Positions 28,773 to 41,014 of a DNA stretch of 64,000 nt are shown one piece after another (position 1 is the stretch's first letter; each line of letters begins with the position of its first letter). The translations under genes were made by a program, and so were the position numbers. Origin of the DNA: Candidatus Saccharimonadia bacterium (GTDB lineage: Bacteria > Patescibacteriota > Saccharimonadia > UBA4664 > SCTI01); the NCBI GenBank assembly GCA_046597065.1, contig JBKJLI010000003.1, positions 221,151-285,150 on the forward strand. Reading direction: 5' to 3'. The notes beneath the pieces were generated by a model, which was not told where the DNA came from, searched no databases, and was given only the letters and a program-made list of their open reading frames with translations.

Positions 28773-31099
28773 TGAAGATTTCAGTAGAGTGGCTCAATCA
28801 GTATCTAGAAAAGCCCCTAACAGCTCGAGCTATGGCCGATGCCATGGAGCTGGCTGGAATCGAGGTCGAAGAGGTTGTCGGTTCTATTAATTTAGATTCG
28901 AAAATCATCACTGGCAAGGTGTTGACAGTTAAACCACACCCCAATGCCGACAGATTAAGATTAGCTGAAGTTGATGTAAATAAATCAACTTTAGTTATTG
29001 TTTGTGGCGCATCAAATCTAGAGGTAGGCCAAGCAGTAGTTGTAGCCCAAATCGGCGCCGAGCTACCGGATGGCACTGTCATAAAAGCCACCGAAATCCG
29101 CGACCAGCTTTCTTACGGCATGTTATGTTCACCCAGCGAACTAGGTTTGAGTGACGATCACAGTGGCATTATGGTGTTGCCGGCAGAAACAGGACTGGGC
29201 CAGTCAGTTTCAGAGGTGATTGGTAGCGATGAGTTAATTGACATTAGCACCGCTGCCAACCGTTGGGATTTAAACTCATATGCCGGAATCGCAACTGAGG
29301 TGGCGGCGCATAGCCACCAAAACACCTTCATTCCGATGCCAGCATCTTTAAGTACCGATGTACCGCTCATCATTGCGTCAGTTAGCGATGCCAAGCTGTC
29401 GCCTCGCTATATGCTGGCTAAGCTGAGCGTTAATATCTCGCAGCCAACACCAGTTGAAATTAAGCAACGCTTAATTGCGGTTGGGATGCGCTCAATCAGT
29501 CCGGTGGTTGATATTACTAACTACGTCATGTTGGAGTATGGACAGCCATTGCATGCCTTTGATGCCGATAAGGTTAAGGGTGGGGTACAGGTTCGTGCAG
29601 CCGACAAGAATGAGGTTTTAATTACTCTTGATAATCAAAAACGTACTCTCACGCCAGATGACATCGTAATTGCTGATGATTCAGGTGCAATCGGTTTAGC
29701 TGGGGTAATGGGCGGTGCAGAAACCGAGATAACACCCGGAACCACCACCGTTTTACTCGAGGCCGCAAGTTTTCCTGGCATTACATTGCGTCAAACCGCT
29801 CAGCGCTTTGGCTTACGCTCCGACGCCTCCTCTCGATTTGAGCGGGGCATACCTACGGCACTACCACCTGTAGCGCTAGCGCGAACCATCGAATTGCTTA
29901 CTAAGCATGCCGGTGCCAAATTAATTGCCGGACCAGCCGAAATTGGAAAGCCGCCTAAGCCGCAAACGGCCATTGCCGTAAGTGCTAAACGTATGTCTGC
30001 CTTTTTAGGTATTAAACTATCGGCCATACAGATAACCACCGAACTGACTCGACTAAATTTCGCTACAAATTCAGATAGCAAAGACCAAGATTTACTTAAA
30101 GTTACACCTCCAAAATGGCGCAATGATGTTTCTACCGACGCCGATGTGGCTGAAGAGGTGATTAAACTGATTGGCTATAATCAGTTACCGGCAACAATCC
30201 CATCCTGGAAGCCAACCAGAGTAGAGTTTGATGATCATTGGGCTCCCATATGGAAAGCCAAGGCTGCTCTACAAGCCAGCGGGCTGTTTGAGTTAACCAA
30301 CTACTCCTTCATCAGTGAGGATCAGATAACCGATTTGGGTTGGGAGCCAAACGATTTCTTAAAACTCAAAAATCCGCTTTCTCGAGAACAGGCCTACCTG
30401 CGACGCGAGCTTTTACCTAGCTTAATAGCCGTAGCCGAGCGTAACCGAAATTACTCCAAGAGCTTCGGCCTTTATGAGCTATCCAAGGTTTACCAGCCTA
30501 GTCGACGCGGTGAGTTGCCTCATGAGCCCCAGCGCCTGATTGTTATGACCGTTGGGTTAGAAAGCTACCGCTGGGCAAAGGCGGTGCTTGATCGTTTGAT
30601 AGCCAGTTTACAGGCCGATGCCAAGCTAACAGTTAAGCCGGCCACCATCGACAAAGAGGTAGTTTGGCCAGGACGCTCGGCCGAGATTGTGGCCGGCAAG
30701 TCACGCATTGGAGTGATTGCCCAACTACATCCGACCCTAGCAAAGCGCCACAAGCTCACAGAAGCCGCCTACTTTGATATTGATTGGTTATCCCTAACTA
30801 AAGCCTCCGGCATTACTAATGCGCCCTTACAGCAGCGTTTTCCGGCTGTCAGTCGAGACATTGCATTTATTATTGATCGTGTAATCACCTGGCAACAAGT
30901 TAAGACTTCACTCGCTAATTATCAGGTTGAGTTTGTCAGTGATTACTATGGTAATGAATTACCGGCCGGCAAAAAGGTTTTAGCGCTTAGGGCAACCTTT
31001 CGATCTAGCGACCGTACTTTAACCGACTCCGAGGCGGACCTTACGGCCAGGGCTATTCTTAAAAAAGTTGTTCAAAACTTTAAAGCCCAGCCTAGATAA
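28772..31099 (+). CDS. pheT: phenylalanine--tRNA ligase beta subunit
   Basis: HPNADRL, CGASN, VDITNYV..EYGQPLHAFD, RFERG, FDX-ACB C-terminus. Confidence 0.95.
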   Translation: MKISVEWLNQYLEKPLTARAMADAMELAGIEVEEVVGSINLDSKIITGKVLTVKPHPNADRLRLAEVDVNKSTLVIVCGASNLEVGQAVVVAQIGAELPDGTVIKATEIRDQLSYGMLCSPSELGLSDDHSGIMVLPAETGLGQSVSEVIGSDELIDISTAANRWDLNSYAGIATEVAAHSHQNTFIPMPASLSTDVPLIIASVSDAKLSPRYMLAKLSVNISQPTPVEIKQRLIAVGMRSISPVVDITNYVMLEYGQPLHAFDADKVKGGVQVRAADKNEVLITLDNQKRTLTPDDIVIADDSGAIGLAGVMGGAETEITPGTTTVLLEAASFPGITLRQTAQRFGLRSDASSRFERGIPTALPPVALARTIELLTKHAGAKLIAGPAEIGKPPKPQTAIAVSAKRMSAFLGIKLSAIQITTELTRLNFATNSDSKDQDLLKVTPPKWRNDVSTDADVAEEVIKLIGYNQLPATIPSWKPTRVEFDDHWAPIWKAKAALQASGLFELTNYSFISEDQITDLGWEPNDFLKLKNPLSREQAYLRRELLPSLIAVAERNRNYSKSFGLYELSKVYQPSRRGELPHEPQRLIVMTVGLESYRWAKAVLDRLIASLQADAKLTVKPATIDKEVVWPGRSAEIVAGKSRIGVIAQLHPTLAKRHKLTEAAYFDIDWLSLTKASGITNAPLQQRFPAVSRDIAFIIDRVITWQQVKTSLANYQVEFVSDYYGNELPAGKKVLALRATFRSSDRTLTDSEADLTARAILKKVVQNFKAQPR

Positions 31100-31173
31100 G
31101 ACTAGCCAACAATCAAGCATAAGCGCTATAATGGTTCCATAAGTGGAGAGGGGATCTGCAGCCGCAATCACCG

Positions 31174-32724
31174 TTGGTTGATGTAAATAATCCATCTCAG
31201 CCGGAGCCAATGGCATCGACTGAGTTAACTCATGCTCAAATTTCACCTACTCATATCGATTTAAAGCCCATTGTAACTGCACCAAGCCAACCGATTGTAA
31301 AACCTTTGCCGGCCCAGACCCCCGGCTGGCAGCGTTCGTTGTGGGCCACCGGTGCCGCCGCATTTTTTGTATTAATGGCTGCACAGATTGCCCTTGGATC
31401 TTGGTATAACGGCCGGGTGTTGCCTGGCGTTAAGGTGGCCGATGTTGATCTAAGTAATCTTAACCGGATACAGGCTCGGGACTTACTTATAGCTCGAGTC
31501 CAAAATCATAAAATTAAACTCAATATAGCCGAAAAGGCACTGGAGTTAGATCCAAACGAGGTAGGTGCTAAATATGATATAAACACCACCATAGACCAAG
31601 CCTTTTTACAGGGCCGCAATCAGTGGTTTATGCCGCTTGCAATCTGGCAGACCATTCATCAGTCTCGCTTAAACTATGCCTTTACGGTAGATGGATCAAT
31701 CCAGAACCCACTGGTTACCAAATTGGTAGAGTCTAGTGGTCAGGCTCCGGTAGACGCCTCTATCACCGTGGTTAATGGCAATCCTCTGGTTAAGGCCGAT
31801 AGCAATGGCGTGGCCATTTCGGCTGTCGATATCGCAGCTGCCATTGCTCAACAAGTATCGGATATTGTGCAACCACCAGCCAGCTTACAGCCTAAAGTGC
31901 AACCGGCACGGATACAGGCCAAAGATGTCACCGCAGCGATCGATCAAACAAAGTCTTTTCTAAAAGTGCCGGTAACGATTACCTTCCAGGGGCGAAACTT
32001 TAACCCATCGGCTGCTCAAATGAGTGACTGGTTTACATATGAAAAGTCTCCGCCAGATCAGCCTGCTGGCCTAGTAACCAAGATTAGCTCCGACGGCATC
32101 AAGCATTATTTACAGTCGGTTGCTCTACAAATAAATATCAACCCAACCAATAAAAAGATCCGAGTCGAAAATGGGGTAATGAGCGAGGTTCAAGCCGGCA
32201 AGGATGGTCAACAACTGGATCAAGATTCATTAGCCACCCAAATTGTTAAGGCCGTAAGTAGTAAGCAATCTTTTAGCGGCGAAGCCCAAGTAATACCAGT
32301 GCCGTTTCAAACTGAGTACAATCGCGTTGTTACTTTAGATTACGGAAAGTACATAGAAGTGAATTTAAAATTACAACATATGTGGGTATACCAAGATCAT
32401 CAAGTAATTTTTGAATCACCAATCACAAGTGGTGCTACCGGTGCCGGCTTCCCAACCGTTACTGGGTTGTTTTCGGTGCTTGCCAAGCAGACAAACCGTA
32501 ACTTAAATGGATATGCCATAGGATATAATTACAACGTATTTGTTAAGTACTGGATGCCATTTTATGGCAACTACGGCTTGCATGATGCTAGCTGGAGGGC
32601 AGCCTTCGGCGGACCGGATTATTATTACGGTGGATCGCATGGTTGCGTCAATATGCCCGAAGCCAGCGCCGCATTTTTATTCGGCTGGACTGATGTCGGC
32701 ACTCCGGTTTGGGTGCACAACTAA
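31174..32724 (+). CDS. L,D-transpeptidase with PG-binding_4 domains
   Basis: TM anchor, YGLHDA...SHGCVN; start uncertain. Confidence 0.88.
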   Translation: MVDVNNPSQPEPMASTELTHAQISPTHIDLKPIVTAPSQPIVKPLPAQTPGWQRSLWATGAAAFFVLMAAQIALGSWYNGRVLPGVKVADVDLSNLNRIQARDLLIARVQNHKIKLNIAEKALELDPNEVGAKYDINTTIDQAFLQGRNQWFMPLAIWQTIHQSRLNYAFTVDGSIQNPLVTKLVESSGQAPVDASITVVNGNPLVKADSNGVAISAVDIAAAIAQQVSDIVQPPASLQPKVQPARIQAKDVTAAIDQTKSFLKVPVTITFQGRNFNPSAAQMSDWFTYEKSPPDQPAGLVTKISSDGIKHYLQSVALQININPTNKKIRVENGVMSEVQAGKDGQQLDQDSLATQIVKAVSSKQSFSGEAQVIPVPFQTEYNRVVTLDYGKYIEVNLKLQHMWVYQDHQVIFESPITSGATGAGFPTVTGLFSVLAKQTNRNLNGYAIGYNYNVFVKYWMPFYGNYGLHDASWRAAFGGPDYYYGGSHGCVNMPEASAAFLFGWTDVGTPVWVHN

Positions 32725-32846
32725 GGTACTCGGCTTCGTGAGATGTTAATACTTACGGCTTAAGACTGATATGCAAAATATCAATTTTACCCTTATACAC
32801 ATCAACCATAACTGGTATAATTTAGATCAAGAGATAGGGGAAAGAG

Positions 32847-33266
32847 ATGGAGCCAACACCTAATCCAAATAGTAGTCCTGTGCCAGCACAGCCGGTGCCG
32901 GAGTCTCAACTTGTAACAGAAAAGCCGATCATACCAGCCGCTGGTTCACCGGAGCTGCAACCGAGCCAAAATCAAGGCGCGCCCGCCCAAACGCCACAGC
33001 AATCGGTTCAGGCACCTGCGGGCTCACCAATTAGTCAACAGCCAATTGCTCCCGGTGCGCCCGTTCAAGTACCACCACCTGCCCACCCACCCGTGGCCTC
33101 TGACGACGTTGATGTGATCGAAAAGGAGTGGGTTGATCAGGCCGAAAAGGTGATCGAGCAAACCAAGAACGATCCACACGCCGAGGAAGAGGCGGTGGAG
33201 TCGCTGCAGATCGATTATCTGAAAAAGCGTTATGGCCATGATGTTTCAAAACCCAAAGATAGCTAA
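32847..33266 (+). CDS. conserved CPR hypothetical protein (Pro/Gln-rich N-terminus)
   Basis: C-terminal 'DVDVIEKEWV...DP...YLKKRYG'. Confidence 0.75.
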   Translation: MEPTPNPNSSPVPAQPVPESQLVTEKPIIPAAGSPELQPSQNQGAPAQTPQQSVQAPAGSPISQQPIAPGAPVQVPPPAHPPVASDDVDVIEKEWVDQAEKVIEQTKNDPHAEEEAVESLQIDYLKKRYGHDVSKPKDS

Positions 33267-33286
33267 ATGCCCGCAAGTGAGATGAA

Positions 33287-36200
33287 ATGAACAGCGTTAT
33301 CGGCCTAGTTTTTGGTTTTATACTTTTTGCATCGGTATTGGCGGCGGTAGCCTTTTTGGCTTACCGTCGGATATTACGCCGTGCTAAGGGTATTGAGCGT
33401 GGGCTTAAAATGGTGCCGTTGCTTATCCACTTGCCTCCACCAGGTGATAGCGAGGCCGGTACTAATCGCGATGCCCGCGAAATTATGCGCGAGCGAATTT
33501 CGCAGGCCGAGGTACTTTATGATCTGGTGGCTGGCACGGCTCAGCAGGGATTCCGTAGCCGATTTTATGGTCAACGACATCTGGCCTTCGAAATTGTAGC
33601 CTCAAATGGACTAATACACTTTTTTGTGGCTGTTCCGATCGCACTAGTATCTACCATCGAACAAGCTATCCTGACCGCATACCCAGGAACACGGATCGAG
33701 GAGGTTGAGGATCACAACATCTTTAATCCCCAAGGCAAATTAACCGGCACGGTTGGTGGCGAGCTGACCTTAAAACACAGCTACGTATACCCAATTGCAA
33801 CCGCCGAGCAAATGGAGCGCGATCCTATGGAGGCGCTATTAAATGCGTTGTCTAAGCTGCAGCTGGGCGATGGCGCTGGCGTGCAGATTATGCTTCGGCC
33901 AGCATCGAGTGGATGGATTAAGCAGGCTAAAAAACTGGTTGCCAAAAAGCGTCACCAGCGTGGTGGAACTGGCCTGTCTTTTACAGCTAAGGATCTGGCT
34001 AAAGCAGCAGTTAAAGCTCCCGATCAACAGCACGCCGATGCCCAAAAGTACCAACCTAGCAAGCTCGAAGAATCGACCATGCAAATGGTGGAGGATAAAA
34101 TACGTCACCCTGGTTATGAGGTATTAATTAGAGTGCTTGCCTCATCAAGCAGCTACGATCGTTCGCAGATGCTAATGCGTACCATTACTAATTCGTTTGC
34201 CCTATATGAAGCACCGGGTTCAAATGGTTTTCAGTTTATTGAAGGCCGCGACATGCAGGGGTTGGTAACCGCCTTCATCTTTCGTTTCTTTCCGCCCGAA
34301 GTTAAAAGTAACGTCTTAAACACCGTTGAACTATCGGCTCTGTTTCACTTACCCGACTCGCAATTTACGGCAACTTCTCAGGTAGAGCGCCAAAAATCGA
34401 AGCAGGTTGATGGGCCGGTTCAGATGTCGCCAAACGGGTTGTTATTCGGCTATAACTTTTATCGGGGAGTTAAAAAAGAGGTACGGCTGAGCAATGAGGA
34501 CCGTCGCCGCCATACCTACATTATTGGCCAGACCGGAACCGGTAAAAGCACCTTACTCGAAAACTTAGCCGTGCAGGACATGCTTAGCGGTGGTGGCTTT
34601 GCCTTTATTGACCCCCACGGCGATGTAGCGGAGCGACTTATAAGCAAGGTGCCCAAAGAACGGGCCGAAGACGTTATTTACTTTAACCCTGCTGATACTG
34701 AAAGTCCTTTAGGGCTAAACCTGTTTGAGGCGAAGTTACCCGAACAAAAAGACTTCTTAATCCAAGAGTCGCTTAACATGCTTTACAAGTTATATGATCC
34801 GGGCAAGACAGGCATTATTGGCCCCCGGTTTGAGCACTGGTATCGCAACGCCGCCCTAACTCTTATGGCCGATCCTGATGGCGCCAGCTTTATTGAGCTA
34901 CCCAAGGTATTTACCGACACCGAATACTTAAAGCATAAATTTAAGTATTTAAGCGATCCAACCGTAACCGACTTTTGGACCAAAGAAATGGGGCAGACCA
35001 GCGACTATCACAAAAGTGAGATGTTGGGCTGGTTTGTGAGTAAGTTTGGCGCATTTCAAACCAACGAGATGATGCGTAACATCATTGGCCAAACCAAATC
35101 GGCTTTTGATCTGCGCGAAATTATGGATCAAAAAAAGATATTAATTGTAAACCTAAGCAAGGGCCAAACTGGCGAGCTGAACTCTCAGCTCTTGGGCATG
35201 TTGATAGTGATCAAGATACAAGCTGCGGCAATGAGTCGAGCTAGTGTGCCCGAAGACCAGCGACCTGACTTCTCATTATATGTTGATGAGTTCCAGAACT
35301 TTTCGACTGACTCGTTTGCCAGCATTTTAAGCGAGGCTCGAAAATATCACCTTAATCTTATAGTGGCCAACCAGTTCATTGGCCAGCTTACAGACGAAAT
35401 TCGCGAGGCAGTATTTGGAAACATTGGCACAATGGTTAGCTACCGAGTGGGGCCAGAGGACGCCGAGTTTTTGGTTAAACAGTTCCAACCGATTTTTGAC
35501 CAACGCGATTTGGTTAATTTACCCAACTTTAACTCGGTGATTAAGTTGTTGATAGGAGGGCTGCCATCACAACCATTTAGCATGACATCTCTGCCGCCAC
35601 TTGGGCATGTCAGCCCCGAGATGGGGCTTGCGGTTAAGCAGCTAAGTGCGGCCAAGTTTGGTTTGCATAAAGCCGAGGTAGAGGCAGACATATTTGCGCG
35701 ATTGCAAAATAAACCCCGGCCTCAATTAGCCCCGCCATTAGCACCAGTTCCGGTAGCCACACCTGCTCCAGCTGAACCGCAGCTAATGCCACAGCCTCGT
35801 CAAGCACCCCCACCAATTCCTGTATCACAACAAACCCCAGCCCAACCTGTCGCGCCCCAAATTTTACCTGTCGCTGCAATACCAATTGTTGCTCCAACGG
35901 TTGCTTTGCCAGCTGCTGCTCCGGAAGCGATTACGCCACTCGGGCCATCTCAACAAATCGCAAATATTGTGCAATCAACCGTCCCGGTTGCCGCAAGTGC
36001 AGCGCCCCCAGCTCCTGCCAGTTCTTCGATTATGGATGTTGTTGGGGTGATAAAGTCGACGCCAGCGGTTCAGACTAATGTAGCCATTCCGGCTCCGGCT
36101 GCGCAGGCACTAACCCCAGTTGTTATCGAGAGCGTAGATCAGCTAGCCGGCGAAGCTCAGCACGAAATTCAGGATGCTTTAGCGGCGGTTAAGCCGAGCG

Positions 36201-36880
36201 ATATCGCTGAAGACACCACAAATTCTGACGATGAAGAGCCGATCGATGTGCCTGTTTTGCAGCCGGCTACGTTGCCTCCGCCTCATACGGCGCCTATTGA
36301 TGCTGTAATCCGTAACCAACCAGTGGAAACCAACCCGCTGCCTGTTGTGAACCAGCCAGCGCCAGTACCAACTCCAGTCCCGATAAACCCCATTTCTATT
36401 ACACCTTTAGTGGTTCAGCCACCAGAAGTTGCAATTCCAGCACCAGCTCCTCAACCGATACCGGTAGCCATTGATATACCCGTTTCGATTACTCCTGCGG
36501 TTCCTCCTCCGCCAACGCCAACCCCAAACCCAGTACAAACACCAGCTCCAGCCCAGGTATCAACTCCATCCCAATCAATTCAACCTACTGCCTCAGCCAA
36601 CGACGTCGCCGCCGCCAAGACCATGATCGCAACACATAAAACCAAGCAGATTAATCCAATCAATCCAGTTCCGGTGGCTCCTTCTTATGCTGCTATTGCA
36701 GCACCAAAGGCTTCGAGTATGCAACCAAACACCACCCTAGAGCCCTCAACTAACCCGGTAGTAGCGCTGCCCACACCAGCACCAAAACCCCATGCCGTAC
36801 CCGATCCTATCGATGCCAAGCCCACGTTACGCCCAGGAGAGATCTTTGTAGATGATGATGGTAACGTCGTTCAGGGCTAG
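33287..36880 (+). CDS. VirD4/TraG/HerA-like coupling ATPase with long Pro-rich tail
   Basis: RRRHTYIIGQTGTGKS, IDPHGD, LYVDEFQNF, SEARKY; ~390-aa P/A/V/Q-rich C-terminus. Confidence 0.88.
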   Translation: MNSVIGLVFGFILFASVLAAVAFLAYRRILRRAKGIERGLKMVPLLIHLPPPGDSEAGTNRDAREIMRERISQAEVLYDLVAGTAQQGFRSRFYGQRHLAFEIVASNGLIHFFVAVPIALVSTIEQAILTAYPGTRIEEVEDHNIFNPQGKLTGTVGGELTLKHSYVYPIATAEQMERDPMEALLNALSKLQLGDGAGVQIMLRPASSGWIKQAKKLVAKKRHQRGGTGLSFTAKDLAKAAVKAPDQQHADAQKYQPSKLEESTMQMVEDKIRHPGYEVLIRVLASSSSYDRSQMLMRTITNSFALYEAPGSNGFQFIEGRDMQGLVTAFIFRFFPPEVKSNVLNTVELSALFHLPDSQFTATSQVERQKSKQVDGPVQMSPNGLLFGYNFYRGVKKEVRLSNEDRRRHTYIIGQTGTGKSTLLENLAVQDMLSGGGFAFIDPHGDVAERLISKVPKERAEDVIYFNPADTESPLGLNLFEAKLPEQKDFLIQESLNMLYKLYDPGKTGIIGPRFEHWYRNAALTLMADPDGASFIELPKVFTDTEYLKHKFKYLSDPTVTDFWTKEMGQTSDYHKSEMLGWFVSKFGAFQTNEMMRNIIGQTKSAFDLREIMDQKKILIVNLSKGQTGELNSQLLGMLIVIKIQAAAMSRASVPEDQRPDFSLYVDEFQNFSTDSFASILSEARKYHLNLIVANQFIGQLTDEIREAVFGNIGTMVSYRVGPEDAEFLVKQFQPIFDQRDLVNLPNFNSVIKLLIGGLPSQPFSMTSLPPLGHVSPEMGLAVKQLSAAKFGLHKAEVEADIFARLQNKPRPQLAPPLAPVPVATPAPAEPQLMPQPRQAPPPIPVSQQTPAQPVAPQILPVAAIPIVAPTVALPAAAPEAITPLGPSQQIANIVQSTVPVAASAAPPAPASSSIMDVVGVIKSTPAVQTNVAIPAPAAQALTPVVIESVDQLAGEAQHEIQDALAAVKPSDIAEDTTNSDDEEPIDVPVLQPATLPPPHTAPIDAVIRNQPVETNPLPVVNQPAPVPTPVPINPISITPLVVQPPEVAIPAPAPQPIPVAIDIPVSITPAVPPPPTPTPNPVQTPAPAQVSTPSQSIQPTASANDVAAAKTMIATHKTKQINPINPVPVAPSYAAIAAPKASSMQPNTTLEPSTNPVVALPTPAPKPHAVPDPIDAKPTLRPGEIFVDDDGNVVQG

Positions 36881-36881
36881 G

Positions 36882-37439
36882 CTAGTAACGGCGCGAACGA
36901 AACAGGGTTTTATAGAGAGCTTCTAAAAGCAGGCCAATAATTCCACCAACTACTAGACTCAGCAGGATCTCTGAGCCGCGCAAGGGGTAGCCGTAATTGC
37001 GCGCAAACAAATAAAGTGTCCCGCCCACCAGCAGGGCGCAGGTCGTCGCACCTAGGCTAACTGAAGGCCTTAGCACAGTCTTACCAACAACCTCACTGGC
37101 GGCCTCGATAGCGGGGGAGTGAATAATCTGGCTAAAACGCCGCTGTGCCGGTTTCATTCGGTGACGCAAGCCAATCATAGTGTGCTTAAAGCTTAGCTCT
37201 CTAGTAAGTACTGGGCGCTGGGGTGCACCCTCAGATTTTGAGCCAGTCTCATGAGGTGATGCTTGATGTTCAGCATGGGCCAGTTTTTCGCGGGCTGCTA
37301 TTACCTCGGATTTACGATCAGGTGACTTTTCGGCCCCTCGCTCACCGCTTTGGCGCAAGCGCTCGGCGGCCATCCGTTCTAGCTCGCCATGGTTCGGCCG
37401 CTGATGTTCGGGTGAGTGGGTTGGCATACGCTCAGACAT
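36882..37439 (-). CDS. hypothetical membrane protein
   Basis: Charged N-terminus, two C-terminal TMs; overlaps the upstream gene's stop. Confidence 0.7.
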   Translation of the reverse strand: MSERMPTHSPEHQRPNHGELERMAAERLRQSGERGAEKSPDRKSEVIAAREKLAHAEHQASPHETGSKSEGAPQRPVLTRELSFKHTMIGLRHRMKPAQRRFSQIIHSPAIEAASEVVGKTVLRPSVSLGATTCALLVGGTLYLFARNYGYPLRGSEILLSLVVGGIIGLLLEALYKTLFRSRRY

Positions 37440-38748
37440 TATCACCCCCACTGCCATGATGATCGCCGCGCAGAATAGAGACTTCCATCAAGAGTTGTCG
37501 ATTACGCAGGTAGAAGTACACGATTAAGCCGAACAGTAGCATCACTACCACAGAACCAAGGCCGGGACCGGTTTGAGGCAGTGCCTCTGTGGCTACCTCA
37601 ACCTGTTTGGCCGCCGGAACAACGAGGTTTGTGCTAACCAGATTGCCATAGATATTATCCATTTTTAGATCAAAGGATTCTGGGTCGGATGATGATCGTG
37701 GTGTCACCGGAATTGGGTTTTTTACTTTCAGTTGATAGGTCACGGTATAGCTGCTAAGAGCTTTAATGTTAACCTTACCCCAGCTAAGTTCACCATCTTT
37801 AAGCACACCGCCGCGGCCGTCTAACAAACTAGCATATTCAAGGTCGTCGTTTAAGTTTTCGGTTACGACATAGTTATTAGAACCACCCAGGCCAGAATTC
37901 TTCGTTACCAGGGTGTACTCGATGATATCGCCAGCTTGGGCGGTCCCGCCATTAGCGTCTTCGGTACTGCCGCTAGAGTGCTGAATAATGCCGGTTTTAG
38001 ACTGGCTGAGGCTGGGGTTTTCTGGCACCACAACTGGGACAACAGGAGGCGGCGTTGGGGTTGGCGTTGGAGTAGGTTGGGTAGTTGGCGTTGGTGTGGG
38101 AGTTGGGGCAGTTTTGGGCTTGGCTGGCGGTGGTGGGGGCGGAGGAGTCGGATTTGGGGCCGGAGTCACCGGTTTGGCTGGTTTTTCGGGGGTAGTATCG
38201 GTTACAACCAAATTGCCACAGTCATACATTATGGCAAAGTACTTGTTGTCGCTATGGCGTCGGCCCTCAAGCACCTTATAGGTAATGCCGTCGCCCCAAG
38301 TGTAAAGTGGGCGTATGTAGTAAGTGTGGCTACCAATTGTGACCTTTTGATCGAGTACGCTGTGAGTGTTTCGACCCAAAGACTTAAAATTGTGATTACT
38401 TGAGTTTAGGGTGCCATGTGTGGTCTTTTCGATATCTACCTTGTAAACACCGTAGTGGTTAAATAGCGCTCTAATTTCGGAGTTGCTGTCATATATATTT
38501 AGCAGGGTTTTTTGAGGATGCGAGGTGTCGATGCCATTTGAAATAATATTGTTGGTCGACCCAGCATTGGCTGCGTCCGCAGGGGCAATAACTGTCGCCA
38601 GCTGTAGAACTACCAAGCCTCCCGCCATCACCAGTGATAGTTTACGGGTTAACTGCTCCTTGCCTAGTCGGCGCCAGTAATAGGTTAATTGGCTGTTGGC
38701 TGATGGGCTGAAGCTTAAATTTGAGACTAACTTAGAAAATGTCGACAT
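37432..38748 (-). CDS. surface protein with PT-rich linker, DUF11-like Ig domain and LPQTG C-terminal anchor
   Basis: 'GDIIEYTLVTKNSG', LPQTG + TM + basic residues. Confidence 0.75.
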   Translation of the reverse strand: MSTFSKLVSNLSFSPSANSQLTYYWRRLGKEQLTRKLSLVMAGGLVVLQLATVIAPADAANAGSTNNIISNGIDTSHPQKTLLNIYDSNSEIRALFNHYGVYKVDIEKTTHGTLNSSNHNFKSLGRNTHSVLDQKVTIGSHTYYIRPLYTWGDGITYKVLEGRRHSDNKYFAIMYDCGNLVVTDTTPEKPAKPVTPAPNPTPPPPPPPAKPKTAPTPTPTPTTQPTPTPTPTPPPVVPVVVPENPSLSQSKTGIIQHSSGSTEDANGGTAQAGDIIEYTLVTKNSGLGGSNNYVVTENLNDDLEYASLLDGRGGVLKDGELSWGKVNIKALSSYTVTYQLKVKNPIPVTPRSSSDPESFDLKMDNIYGNLVSTNLVVPAAKQVEVATEALPQTGPGLGSVVVMLLFGLIVYFYLRNRQLLMEVSILRGDHHGSGGDNV

Positions 38749-38871
38749 ATATAATAGACCTTAAGCTTAATTAAACCATTTTGGTTATGCTTTGAGCAAG
38801 GGGCAATCAGCTTAGACCAAGGCGTTGCCACCTGTCAGCAAAACCGCTATAATTTAGTTATTGTGAGGTGA

Positions 38872-41013
<2,142 letters not shown>

Positions 41014-41014
41014 G

